Below are positions 20,584 through 28,589 of a DNA stretch of 64,000 nt, one piece after another. Every line of letters begins with the position of its first letter. Position 1 is the first letter of the stretch. The notes beneath the pieces were generated by a model. That model ran no database searches. It worked only from the letters and a program-made list of their open reading frames with translations, and was not told the origin of the DNA. The stretch lies in the NCBI GenBank assembly GCA_903821745.1, contig CAIJMI010000005.1, positions 263,802 through 327,801 of the forward strand, read 5' to 3'. The position numbers were made by a program, and so were the translations under genes. This DNA comes from Candidatus Gottesmanbacteria bacterium (GTDB taxonomy: Bacteria; Patescibacteriota; Microgenomatia; UBA10105; UBA927).

Positions 20584-22887
20584 ATGGTAAATATATATCC
20601 TATGAAACAGCAATTGTTTCTCTCTTTTTCCCATGGTATTGTAAAACGCTCATTCAAAACCTGCTGTCGTGTTTTTTTTATCGCGGTAGTAATGATTGCA
20701 CTCTTTTGTTTTCGACCTGTTGCAACCAATGTTTGGGCATGCACATCATGTGGTGAGGTACCTTGTACTAGTAGTCAGAATAAATCTACGACTGGCTGCC
20801 CTTCTGGTACGTGGTGCTGTGTAGCAAAACCGGCAACGAGCACCCCAATACCGGCAACGAGCACCCCGAAACCAGCAACAAGCACCCCGAGGCCCCCATA
20901 TTGTTTATCGGAATACACCTGTGGTACAGCTTGTTGTCCTTGCGGATGTACCCCATCATCAACCGGTGGATCATGTACATCACCGTGCCCAACAAACACA
21001 AAAGCCCCAACCTCAACACCAACTCCAGTATGTGATGTTTGGCACCTCATTAATTGCCTTTGCGGATGTACTGCAAATACATGTAACACGTGCCCAACCG
21101 CTACCCCGATACCATGTTTAGCAACTGGTCAGGCGTGTTCAACGAACAGTCAATGCTGCAGTAATAAATGCAATAATTTAGGTGATGGTTCATATTGTGT
21201 TGTTAACACCTCAACCAATACCCCGACCCCGACAACATCTATTTCACAGTCTTGCTACCCCATTGGCAGTAGTAAATGCGTAGATAGCTTTAATTCCTCT
21301 GAATGCCTATCTAATTATACCTGGAGTGCACCAAATTCATGTCATTTCCCCTGTGTAGGAAGCCCTTCAGTTAACTGCCAAAACGATCAGTGCTGCCCTG
21401 ATCCTGCAGGTGATAACCCATACTGTGTTGGGTATTGTTCTCGATATTGCACTAGTCCACAAAAGCTATTGAATTGTTGGGCAAACTACCAAGCGTATTT
21501 AAACGATAAACTCAAAGACGACAATCTTGGTACGCTTTCTTCAGGGTGTGTAACGACAACAACCGCTTGCTTAGAATGTGTCGTCACCTGGGAGCGGTGC
21601 GGAGGAACCGCAACCTGTCCATCCGGACAGTACCCCTGGTGGAACAGCTGTTCTGATAATTTCTGCAGTACAGCCATGTGTGGAACCCCTGCACCCGGGT
21701 GCACCCCAAATTGCAGTTGCGCAACGGCGCTCTGTTCGACACAAACGTGTTCAGACGGATGCGGCGGTGTATGCCACGGAACCAATCCCTGTTATGGCAC
21801 GATTCAGGCAAAAGCCGTTATTACTGAAAGCTGCAGCACCATTGCCACGGCAGAACCACTCAATGATACGACCATAACCTTAAACAACGCTGACCCAAAA
21901 ACACAGACAAATGGCATCCCCGTCACCTGGACAAACGTACCCATTGGTACATATACGGTCTCTGCTACCAATGCCATTTCCACGCTTGTCCCGAAAATAT
22001 ACTGCATTCCAAATGGAAGCGGGTACGTTGAGGGAAGTTCACAAACGCTTGAAACAAACGGATCCATATCGTTTTTCATAGGATTTGCACCTCCGAACGG
22101 CTGGGTACAAGCAATCGGAGGCGATGTCTATGCAAAAGGCCAACTCACCTCCTCTGTTCCGGCAACTTATTATTTTTCACTGGCCGGAGCTATGGGCGAT
22201 GCGGGAATCGTATCGTATGGAACACTCAATGGCTATGACTTTTCCCTCTCAGATACAGACAAAGGCGAAACACAGGTGTCCCTCCCGCCAGCCTGGCTAG
22301 TCTACAATCCCAACAATCCATCACTTCATCTCTACGAACAGTTTGCAACACAGTTTGATATTCCTGGAAACACACCACTCCTGGCATCTTCACCGTTAAC
22401 CGTAACAAAACCTACGTGTGACACAACGCCATTACCCTGTGTCTTTTATGTAAGTGGCGATCTGGAGACAACTTCGGGAAATCCATGGACCATTGGATCA
22501 ACAGAACAGATGGTTATATTTGTTAGTGGAAGTGCACATATTAACAGCCCCATAACCATCACACCAGGCGGATTTTTTGCCCTTATCGTCAATGGCACTA
22601 TTACTGTCGACTCTACCGTTGGTGGACCAGCAGCAAATACTGTGCCAACGCTTGAGGGCATCTATATCACAAACCAATTTGAAACAGGAACAAGTGACAC
22701 CGTTGGGACAGAACGGCTGAACATCAAAGGGTCTGTCATCGCAGATATGTTTCTTCTAAATCGGTCTCTTGGCATATTCAACGCAACGCTTCCCGCAGAA
22801 CAGTTTACCTTCAACCCACAACTGCTCTTTACGATGCCAGACAAAATGAAAGAAATTCCCTATGTCTGGCAGGAAGTGGCACCCTGA
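20584..22887 (+). CDS. Large cysteine-rich secreted/surface protein with PATSTP tandem repeats
   Basis: Signal-anchor at the N-terminus, about 400 aa with very many Cys in C-x-C/CC patterns, then a roughly 350 aa Thr/Ser-rich beta-type domain. No catalytic motif recognised. Confidence 0.5.
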   Translation: MVNIYPMKQQLFLSFSHGIVKRSFKTCCRVFFIAVVMIALFCFRPVATNVWACTSCGEVPCTSSQNKSTTGCPSGTWCCVAKPATSTPIPATSTPKPATSTPRPPYCLSEYTCGTACCPCGCTPSSTGGSCTSPCPTNTKAPTSTPTPVCDVWHLINCLCGCTANTCNTCPTATPIPCLATGQACSTNSQCCSNKCNNLGDGSYCVVNTSTNTPTPTTSISQSCYPIGSSKCVDSFNSSECLSNYTWSAPNSCHFPCVGSPSVNCQNDQCCPDPAGDNPYCVGYCSRYCTSPQKLLNCWANYQAYLNDKLKDDNLGTLSSGCVTTTTACLECVVTWERCGGTATCPSGQYPWWNSCSDNFCSTAMCGTPAPGCTPNCSCATALCSTQTCSDGCGGVCHGTNPCYGTIQAKAVITESCSTIATAEPLNDTTITLNNADPKTQTNGIPVTWTNVPIGTYTVSATNAISTLVPKIYCIPNGSGYVEGSSQTLETNGSISFFIGFAPPNGWVQAIGGDVYAKGQLTSSVPATYYFSLAGAMGDAGIVSYGTLNGYDFSLSDTDKGETQVSLPPAWLVYNPNNPSLHLYEQFATQFDIPGNTPLLASSPLTVTKPTCDTTPLPCVFYVSGDLETTSGNPWTIGSTEQMVIFVSGSAHINSPITITPGGFFALIVNGTITVDSTVGGPAANTVPTLEGIYITNQFETGTSDTVGTERLNIKGSVIADMFLLNRSLGIFNATLPAEQFTFNPQLLFTMPDKMKEIPYVWQEVAP
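20829..20891 (+). repeat. 3 x 21-bp tandem repeat encoding (P)ATSTP(I/K)
   Basis: Direct tandem copies accggcaacgagcaccccaat / accggcaacgagcaccccgaa / accagcaacaagcaccccgag. Confidence 0.6.
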
Positions 22888-22906
22888 TGCATTTCCTTAC
22901 TTAACC

Positions 22907-24382
22907 TTAAAAGTACACTACTCCTAAAGGATAGAGTGTGTGTTCAACTGTATATGACCAATCTGATTCCAAAGGTTTCGGATCAACGGGTATTTCAAAC
23001 CCCATATAATAAAACAATGGAGACCATGGATCGTTAGATGAAAACATTGGTTCATTTAAGTGATCATATGCAGGTAAAATCGCCAGTGTTAATGGCCAAA
23101 GATGAAACCACTCAGGGTGAACCGTACCTGTATACTTGCTTCCTACAAAAATATGATACGCTGAAGAATTCGATTCATGTATATGATCAAAAGCTTGTTC
23201 TTTTGTATAATTTTTTTCAAATATATCTAGTTGAGCGGCGTCAGCAACGGTGATATTCCGCATTCCCACATCATCATACACACCGTGTAGTATGGTAATA
23301 TTTTTATTCCCATCTCCGGCCTTGAATGCAAATCCCAGCAGCATATAGGGATGGTCCTGGAACATAAACTGGGAACAGGAAACGATATGCACAGGTTTAT
23401 TATAAACCCAAAGCTGGTTATAAGGTAAATACTGTTCAGCTTCAGTTCTTCCAGTAGCAGTAATCATGTCACCCATCATATCCGCTGTTATCCCCTGATC
23501 AGCCAACCATTGTTTTTCCACCTTGGTGAGTCTGTCCAGTATATTTGCCATCGCATCAGGATCAAATGTCCCGTCTTTTTTGGTCGGCATGTCTATCTTA
23601 TTACACTCTTCAAATGTCTCAGGGATTCCCGCTTTCAGCTCCACTGTTTTTGTAGGGGTAATGGTTGGTTCTTTGGTTTTTGTGGGGGTAATGGTTGGTT
23701 CTTTGGTTGGGGTACGAGCAACGGATGTGGGGAACGTTTCAACGGGAGCGCCTGGTGTTACCGCAGGATGAGATATATCCGATGCTTTGACTGGACCATT
23801 AGTACACGCGGCAAGGAGTGTTGTTGCCCCAATTAATGCGGTAATAACTTTTTTGCGCTTATCCGCCGGAATGAGTGAACGGACATCTTTTTTTTGCTTT
23901 TCTGTTGTAGGAAGCCATGATTCGGTGGTATCCAAAAGGGATAGCGCAGTGTCTCGTACTGTATTTGATACGTCTCGTATGGTTCCTTGTATCTTCCTAT
24001 CCTGTGGCGCATTGGCAAGTGACCAAATAGATAGTTCAGTAACCGCATGCAGGGTTTGTTGTTCCTCAGGAGAGAGTTTGCTGAAAGCGAAGTATCCATC
24101 ACCAATTTGATCCCATAACGAGGTTGCTTCAGGATGTGTGGGGTGTTCAATCATTGCTTCAGGAAGCGGTTCAAAACAGGAAAGTAATTGGGCAAATGCG
24201 TGTTGGTCTCTGGCGTCTTGATAATTGTGGTGTTCTTGAAGATCCGTTACTGCTTTCTGTATATGACTATTGCCAATGCCATCTTTGATGTGAATTGGAA
24301 ATCTCGATAAAGTCTCGAAAGACTTCGTCGTATCAAATATTCCTTCAACGTGTATGACTTGTTCGCGTTCAGTCATATGCAT
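22907..24382 (-). CDS. Hypothetical bitopic membrane protein with repeat-containing extracellular domain
   Basis: Cytoplasmic roughly 170 aa, then a TM (ITALIGATTLLAACTNG), a PTKEPTITPTK repeat linker and a roughly 270 aa extracellular domain. Confidence 0.5.
   Translation of the reverse strand: MHMTEREQVIHVEGIFDTTKSFETLSRFPIHIKDGIGNSHIQKAVTDLQEHHNYQDARDQHAFAQLLSCFEPLPEAMIEHPTHPEATSLWDQIGDGYFAFSKLSPEEQQTLHAVTELSIWSLANAPQDRKIQGTIRDVSNTVRDTALSLLDTTESWLPTTEKQKKDVRSLIPADKRKKVITALIGATTLLAACTNGPVKASDISHPAVTPGAPVETFPTSVARTPTKEPTITPTKTKEPTITPTKTVELKAGIPETFEECNKIDMPTKKDGTFDPDAMANILDRLTKVEKQWLADQGITADMMGDMITATGRTEAEQYLPYNQLWVYNKPVHIVSCSQFMFQDHPYMLLGFAFKAGDGNKNITILHGVYDDVGMRNITVADAAQLDIFEKNYTKEQAFDHIHESNSSAYHIFVGSKYTGTVHPEWFHLWPLTLAILPAYDHLNEPMFSSNDPWSPLFYYMGFEIPVDPKPLESDWSYTVEHTLYPLGVVYF
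23651..23710 (+). repeat. 2 x 30-bp tandem repeat inside CDS 22907-24382
   Basis: tgtaggggtaatggttggttctttggtttt / tgtgggggtaatggttggttctttggttgg. Confidence 0.6.
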
Positions 24383-24572
24383 AAAATGTACCCTATAGTA
24401 CTATATTTGTTGTTCTTTGTCAAAATACGTATAAAAAAAGACCCCTCTGGGGGTCTTTGATAAACAAAGAGTAAGACACTATATATTGTCCTACGCGCAC
24501 TCTCGTAAAAAAAGGATACATAGATATACGGCAGGTAAACTTACGTAGTAAGTATGGAGGATTTTATACAGC

Positions 24573-25493
24573 GTGTCAAGAAAAGTATACAATTCATGCT
24601 ATCATAAGAAAACGATGCATATGCTGGCATTTTTATCTCTCAGTGCAGTGACTGTCCTCTCACCTATTGCTGTCACAATAACACCTACGCCTACAATAAC
24701 AGGACCTGGTAAACCAGCGATGACATTCGGCCAAATTCTCAATCCTCCCCAGGTGCTTGGACAAACAACCGTTGTATACGGACCGTCACTCCCTCCAAGT
24801 CCTCCCCCGACCCCCGTTAAAAAAACGAAAAAATCTGTTGTCACAGTAGCGCTTCTTGGCGATTCCATGATGGATACCTTAGGACCACAGGCACCGGCAC
24901 TTCAATACGCACTCAAAAGAATATATCCCCATACTGCATTCGTTATCAAAAACTACGGCGTTGGAGGAACAAACATTCAATATGGCATAGAACGGATTAC
25001 CAACGGGTATACGTACCTTGGAACAACCTATACATCACTGATTGCCACAAACCCCGATATCGTTGTTGTTGAATCCTTTGGATACAACCCGTTTGGGAGT
25101 GATGCGGGAACAATCGATTCTCATTGGCTCCTCCTTGCAAAAGCAGTCGATACCATTCGAGCAAATCTTCCCAACGCCAAAATTATCATCGCAGCAACGA
25201 TCGCACCGAATGCTAACTTTTTTGGTGACGGCGCACCGGGACTTGCATTTTCGGTTCTTGATAAATGGGAGCGGGTAACTACCATTAAAAAATATCTGGA
25301 AAACGCAGTACGGTTTGCAAACAGCGAACATTTGCCATTGGCTGATGCATATCATCCGTCACTGTTATCAGACGGCAACGGAAATCTCATTTATATTAAT
25401 AGTGGCGACCATATTCATTATTCGGATAAAGGACGCGCGCTTATGGCTTCCCAAATCGCCGGTGCCATTACAAAAAATAAACTGCTGGAATAG
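24573..25493 (+). CDS. SGNH/GDSL-family hydrolase (lipase/esterase-like), secreted
   Basis: VALLGDSMMDTLG (GDS block I) and DHIHYSD (block V DxxH). The signal peptide follows an alternative start at 24615/24621. Confidence 0.65.
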   Translation: MSRKVYNSCYHKKTMHMLAFLSLSAVTVLSPIAVTITPTPTITGPGKPAMTFGQILNPPQVLGQTTVVYGPSLPPSPPPTPVKKTKKSVVTVALLGDSMMDTLGPQAPALQYALKRIYPHTAFVIKNYGVGGTNIQYGIERITNGYTYLGTTYTSLIATNPDIVVVESFGYNPFGSDAGTIDSHWLLLAKAVDTIRANLPNAKIIIAATIAPNANFFGDGAPGLAFSVLDKWERVTTIKKYLENAVRFANSEHLPLADAYHPSLLSDGNGNLIYINSGDHIHYSDKGRALMASQIAGAITKNKLLE

Positions 25494-25518
25494 CCCCCTT
25501 GGCAAGAGGTCGATACAT

Positions 25519-25531
25519 ACGGTATAATACC
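25519..25531 (+). promoter_or_regulatory. Conserved -10 element ACGGTATAATACC upstream of rpmG
   Basis: Identical 13-mer recurs at 50267-50279 upstream of maf. A TTGGCA -35 sits at 25499-25504. The ATG lies only 10 nt downstream of the hexamer. Confidence 0.45.
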
Positions 25532-25538
25532 TTCTATT

Positions 25539-25712
25539 ATGGCAAAGAAAGATCAACGGTTACTTATAGGACTCGTCTGCACCGTGTGCAAAGCAACCAA
25601 CTACATTACAAAACGAAATAAAATTAATACTCCGGAAAAGTTACATCTTTCCAAGTATTGCCGTCACTGCAAAAAACACACGGAACATAAAGAAACGAGT
25701 CATCTCGACTAA
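25539..25712 (+). CDS. rpmG: 50S ribosomal protein L33 (57 aa; below the ORF-track cutoff)
   Basis: My own translation: MAKKDQRLLIGLVCTVCKATNYITKRNKINTPEKLHLSKYCRHCKKHTEHKETSHLD. The CxxC...CxxC zinc ribbon and overall L33 pattern are present. A TTGGCA-18-TATAAT promoter sits immediately upstream. Confidence 0.75.
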   Translation: MAKKDQRLLIGLVCTVCKATNYITKRNKINTPEKLHLSKYCRHCKKHTEHKETSHLD

Positions 25713-25743
25713 TTTTCTTCAAACTGATAAGCTATCAGTACGT

Positions 25744-26238
25744 ATGCCAAAGAATACATTCATTCTCGTTACTCTGCTTGCAGTCATCGCAGCGCTTCTC
25801 GTTGGGTTCAATCTTGGAAAAAAATTCACCACCTCATCCCAAGTCGTTCCCACGCCATCAATCGTCGTTTCCCCGACACCAAAACCGGTACAAATGACAC
25901 ACTATACAAACGCCTATTGTAAAGTTTCGCTGTCTTACCCTTCAACAATGACCGTCACGGAAGTAGCAACGGGCAGTGCAAAATTTGTATCAAGTACCGA
26001 CGCCGTTATCCTTGCCTGTCAAAAAGATATCCCAGGTATTGCGATACCAAAAGAAAACATCGAAACCATAACTATCGGAAGCATTTCAGCAACCCTGTAT
26101 CACACAACAACACCAAACGATGGAACACCTATCGATGTTCTCATGTTCCTTCACCCAAAAACGAACATGGATATCCTTGTCTCAGGTATGGGAAGTGCCT
26201 TCACAACCATCATCCGGTCTCTATCCCTTACTCCCTAA
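25744..26238 (+). CDS. Hypothetical N-terminally anchored secreted protein
   Basis: N-terminal TM then a beta-rich domain. Architecture similar to ORF 26404-27012. Confidence 0.4.
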   Translation: MPKNTFILVTLLAVIAALLVGFNLGKKFTTSSQVVPTPSIVVSPTPKPVQMTHYTNAYCKVSLSYPSTMTVTEVATGSAKFVSSTDAVILACQKDIPGIAIPKENIETITIGSISATLYHTTTPNDGTPIDVLMFLHPKTNMDILVSGMGSAFTTIIRSLSLTP

Positions 26239-26243
26239 ATCAA

Positions 26244-26252
26244 TGGTATAAT
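26244..26252 (+). promoter_or_regulatory. Extended -10 (TGGTATAAT) promoter element for tRNA-Trp
   Basis: TGnTATAAT lying 11 nt upstream of the tRNA 5' end. Confidence 0.45.
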
Positions 26253-26263
26253 ACAGTGACTCT

Positions 26264-26334
26264 AGGGCTATAGTTCAATGGTAGAATAGGGGTCTCCAAA
26301 ACCTCTGATCGTGGTCCGAATCCACGTGGCCCTG
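26264..26334 (+). tRNA. tRNA-Trp (anticodon CCA)
   Basis: AGGGCTA-TA-GTTC-AATGGTA-GAAT-A-GGGGT-CTCCAAA-ACCTC-TGAT-CGTGG-TCCGAAT-CCACG-TGGCCCT-G. Extended -10 TGGTATAAT at 26244-26252. Confidence 0.75.
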
Positions 26335-26403
26335 CAAAAACCTACCATTATTTTTATCTTTTTGCCTTTACAATAGAACAGAGAATACATATACTAAAAT
26401 ACA

Positions 26404-27012
26404 ATGGAAAATAATACGTGGTATAAAATCATCGCCACAAACAAAGTGATTGCTGTATTGATCATCTGTTTATCACTCATTCTTCTTACCGGATTTTTTT
26501 ACTTCAAAACACGGACAACACGACAAGACGCACAAAGACCAGTCATTCAAAACGAAGAACCGTCTTCTGGCGCGTCAACGTCATCAAGATTTGGGGAACT
26601 CTCATCAAACGCCGCATGGAAAGTGACAACACAAGACGGCTACACCGTAACGTATCCACAAAATCTTATCATGGAAGTACGTAAATTTGAAAAAAATATC
26701 ACCAGGAGCGGTTGGACTTTTCCAAACAATGATGTTACTTTTCATATCTTGTCGTATCCAGCAACGACTGACATACCAATGGTATTTGATAAAAATGCAG
26801 CATCGGAAACAGTGACTATTGCCGGACAAACAACCAAAAAAATTACCAGCATTGATACGATAACCAACAACCATATGATGGTGCTTATCGGTCCGCTCAT
26901 AACAAAAGAGAGAAAATATATTCTGGCATTACGAAGTCAGGGTCTGTTCATTCCACAAGAACTGCAAAAAACTTTTAACGCCATAATTGCCTCATTTTCT
27001 TTCCTACCATAA
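26404..27012 (+). CDS. Hypothetical N-terminally anchored secreted protein
   Basis: TM (VIAVLIICLSLILLTGFFYF) then a roughly 170 aa domain. Confidence 0.4.
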   Translation: MENNTWYKIIATNKVIAVLIICLSLILLTGFFYFKTRTTRQDAQRPVIQNEEPSSGASTSSRFGELSSNAAWKVTTQDGYTVTYPQNLIMEVRKFEKNITRSGWTFPNNDVTFHILSYPATTDIPMVFDKNAASETVTIAGQTTKKITSIDTITNNHMMVLIGPLITKERKYILALRSQGLFIPQELQKTFNAIIASFSFLP

Positions 27013-27093
27013 CTCGCTTGTAGTAAAATAACTGGAGAGTACAAAGAGTATCCGATAGTAATATTTCACTCTACCAAAACAGGCTAGCGGCGT

Positions 27094-27624
27094 TTACCTT
27101 TTTCTTGAAGTTTTCTTTTGTTTCTTCGTTCCGTTTCCCCACCGTTTCCAATTATCATTCAAATATCCAAGTGTTCGATAATCATCAAAAATATCAAATA
27201 AATAGTGAATCACCATGGCTCCAAGCATCACAATCCACGCATCCCAATTCACCACAAAACAAAGAATCATCAACACGAGGAGAAACACGACAAAATACAC
27301 ATTATGATACGATAAATTCGTATTATACTTATGCCCCTGTTCTATAAATGAAGTGAGCACCCGCCATTCTTTTGCCTTTAAAAATTCCTTCACTTGTTTG
27401 GAATACTCATCACGCCTTCCATTAAAGAAAAAATAAATAAGATGTTCTATATCAGGTAAGAACGATCCAAACAGTGCTAAAAACAAATGACACCAACTAA
27501 ATTCACCCCACATTTCTCGAAGAAACCATGCCCACACAAGTCCCAACAGTGCATGATACAGCATGTGCCGTGCATGCCAAAATATATATCCCAGTCCCTT
27601 TATTTTTGCGAAAGATCGCCGCAT
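27094..27624 (-). CDS. Hypothetical polytopic membrane protein
   Basis: Several TM helices, His-rich segments (HARHMLYH, DIEHLIYFF) and a basic C-terminal tail. Confidence 0.4.
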   Translation of the reverse strand: MRRSFAKIKGLGYIFWHARHMLYHALLGLVWAWFLREMWGEFSWCHLFLALFGSFLPDIEHLIYFFFNGRRDEYSKQVKEFLKAKEWRVLTSFIEQGHKYNTNLSYHNVYFVVFLLVLMILCFVVNWDAWIVMLGAMVIHYLFDIFDDYRTLGYLNDNWKRWGNGTKKQKKTSRKR

Positions 27625-27625
27625 A

Positions 27626-28504
27626 TTATAATTTCAAACCCTTCAAATACTCCCTGAATGCTCCATTGAGATCTTTGTGTTTCAATGCAAACTCCACCAC
27701 GGTTTTCAAATATTCCAATTTATTTCCGGTGTCATAATATTTCCCGTTTTGAATCTCACAGGCATACACCGGCCGCACGTTCATCAGTTCCCGGATTGCA
27801 TCCGTAAGCCATATTTCATTGCTTTTTCCCGGTTTCAAATTAGCAAGCAGCGGGAAAATATCCGGCGTTAACACATAACATCCATGCGCTGCGAGATTTC
27901 CCGGTGCTTCTTCAATGGATGGTTTTTCCACCAATCGTTTAATCTGCCCGATAAATGGTTCTACTTGCGTCACTTCTGCAATACCATAGCGGGATACATC
28001 ATTTTTCGGTACCCGAATTGCACTGATGACCGGATCGCCATATTTTGCAAACACATCAAGACATTGCTTGGTCCGAGGAGGATTCGAATAAATAAACTCA
28101 TCACCCCAGATCACCACAAACGGTTCATCACCAATCACATCTTTTGCACATAAAACCGGTGTCCCGTTTCCATACGGTCCCTTTTGCCGGATATACACGA
28201 AATTAGCAAGTTCTGCGGTCCGTTTCACCTGATCAATCATTTCTTCTTTGCCCTGCTCTTTGAGTGTGTGGATAAGCTCATTGGGGTAATCAAAATGGTC
28301 TTCAATCGCCCGTTTATGCCACCCGGTAACAATAACAATTTCTTTGATTCCGGAATCCACAAGTTCTTCAACCACATATTGAATGATGGGTTTATCGACA
28401 ATCGGAAGCATTTCCTTCGGCATGGCTTTGGTCTGCGGTAAAAATCTTGTCCCAAATCCAGCTGCTGGAATAACGGCCTTACGAATCGGTTTTCTTATTT
28501 CCAT
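27626..28504 (-). CDS. galU: UTP--glucose-1-phosphate uridylyltransferase
   Basis: KAVIPAAGFGTRFLPQTKAMPKEMLPIVDKPIIQY is the GalU N-terminal signature. ATG at 28502-28504; the track ORF extends 12 codons further. Confidence 0.8.
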   Translation of the reverse strand: MEIRKPIRKAVIPAAGFGTRFLPQTKAMPKEMLPIVDKPIIQYVVEELVDSGIKEIVIVTGWHKRAIEDHFDYPNELIHTLKEQGKEEMIDQVKRTAELANFVYIRQKGPYGNGTPVLCAKDVIGDEPFVVIWGDEFIYSNPPRTKQCLDVFAKYGDPVISAIRVPKNDVSRYGIAEVTQVEPFIGQIKRLVEKPSIEEAPGNLAAHGCYVLTPDIFPLLANLKPGKSNEIWLTDAIRELMNVRPVYACEIQNGKYYDTGNKLEYLKTVVEFALKHKDLNGAFREYLKGLKL

Positions 28505-28589
28505 ACGTTTGTCTTCCTCCTTACGCGATCGTTCGATCACTCTTCAATTGTATCTGTCGTGCAAAGCGAATGTCAATTTGTTATGATGA

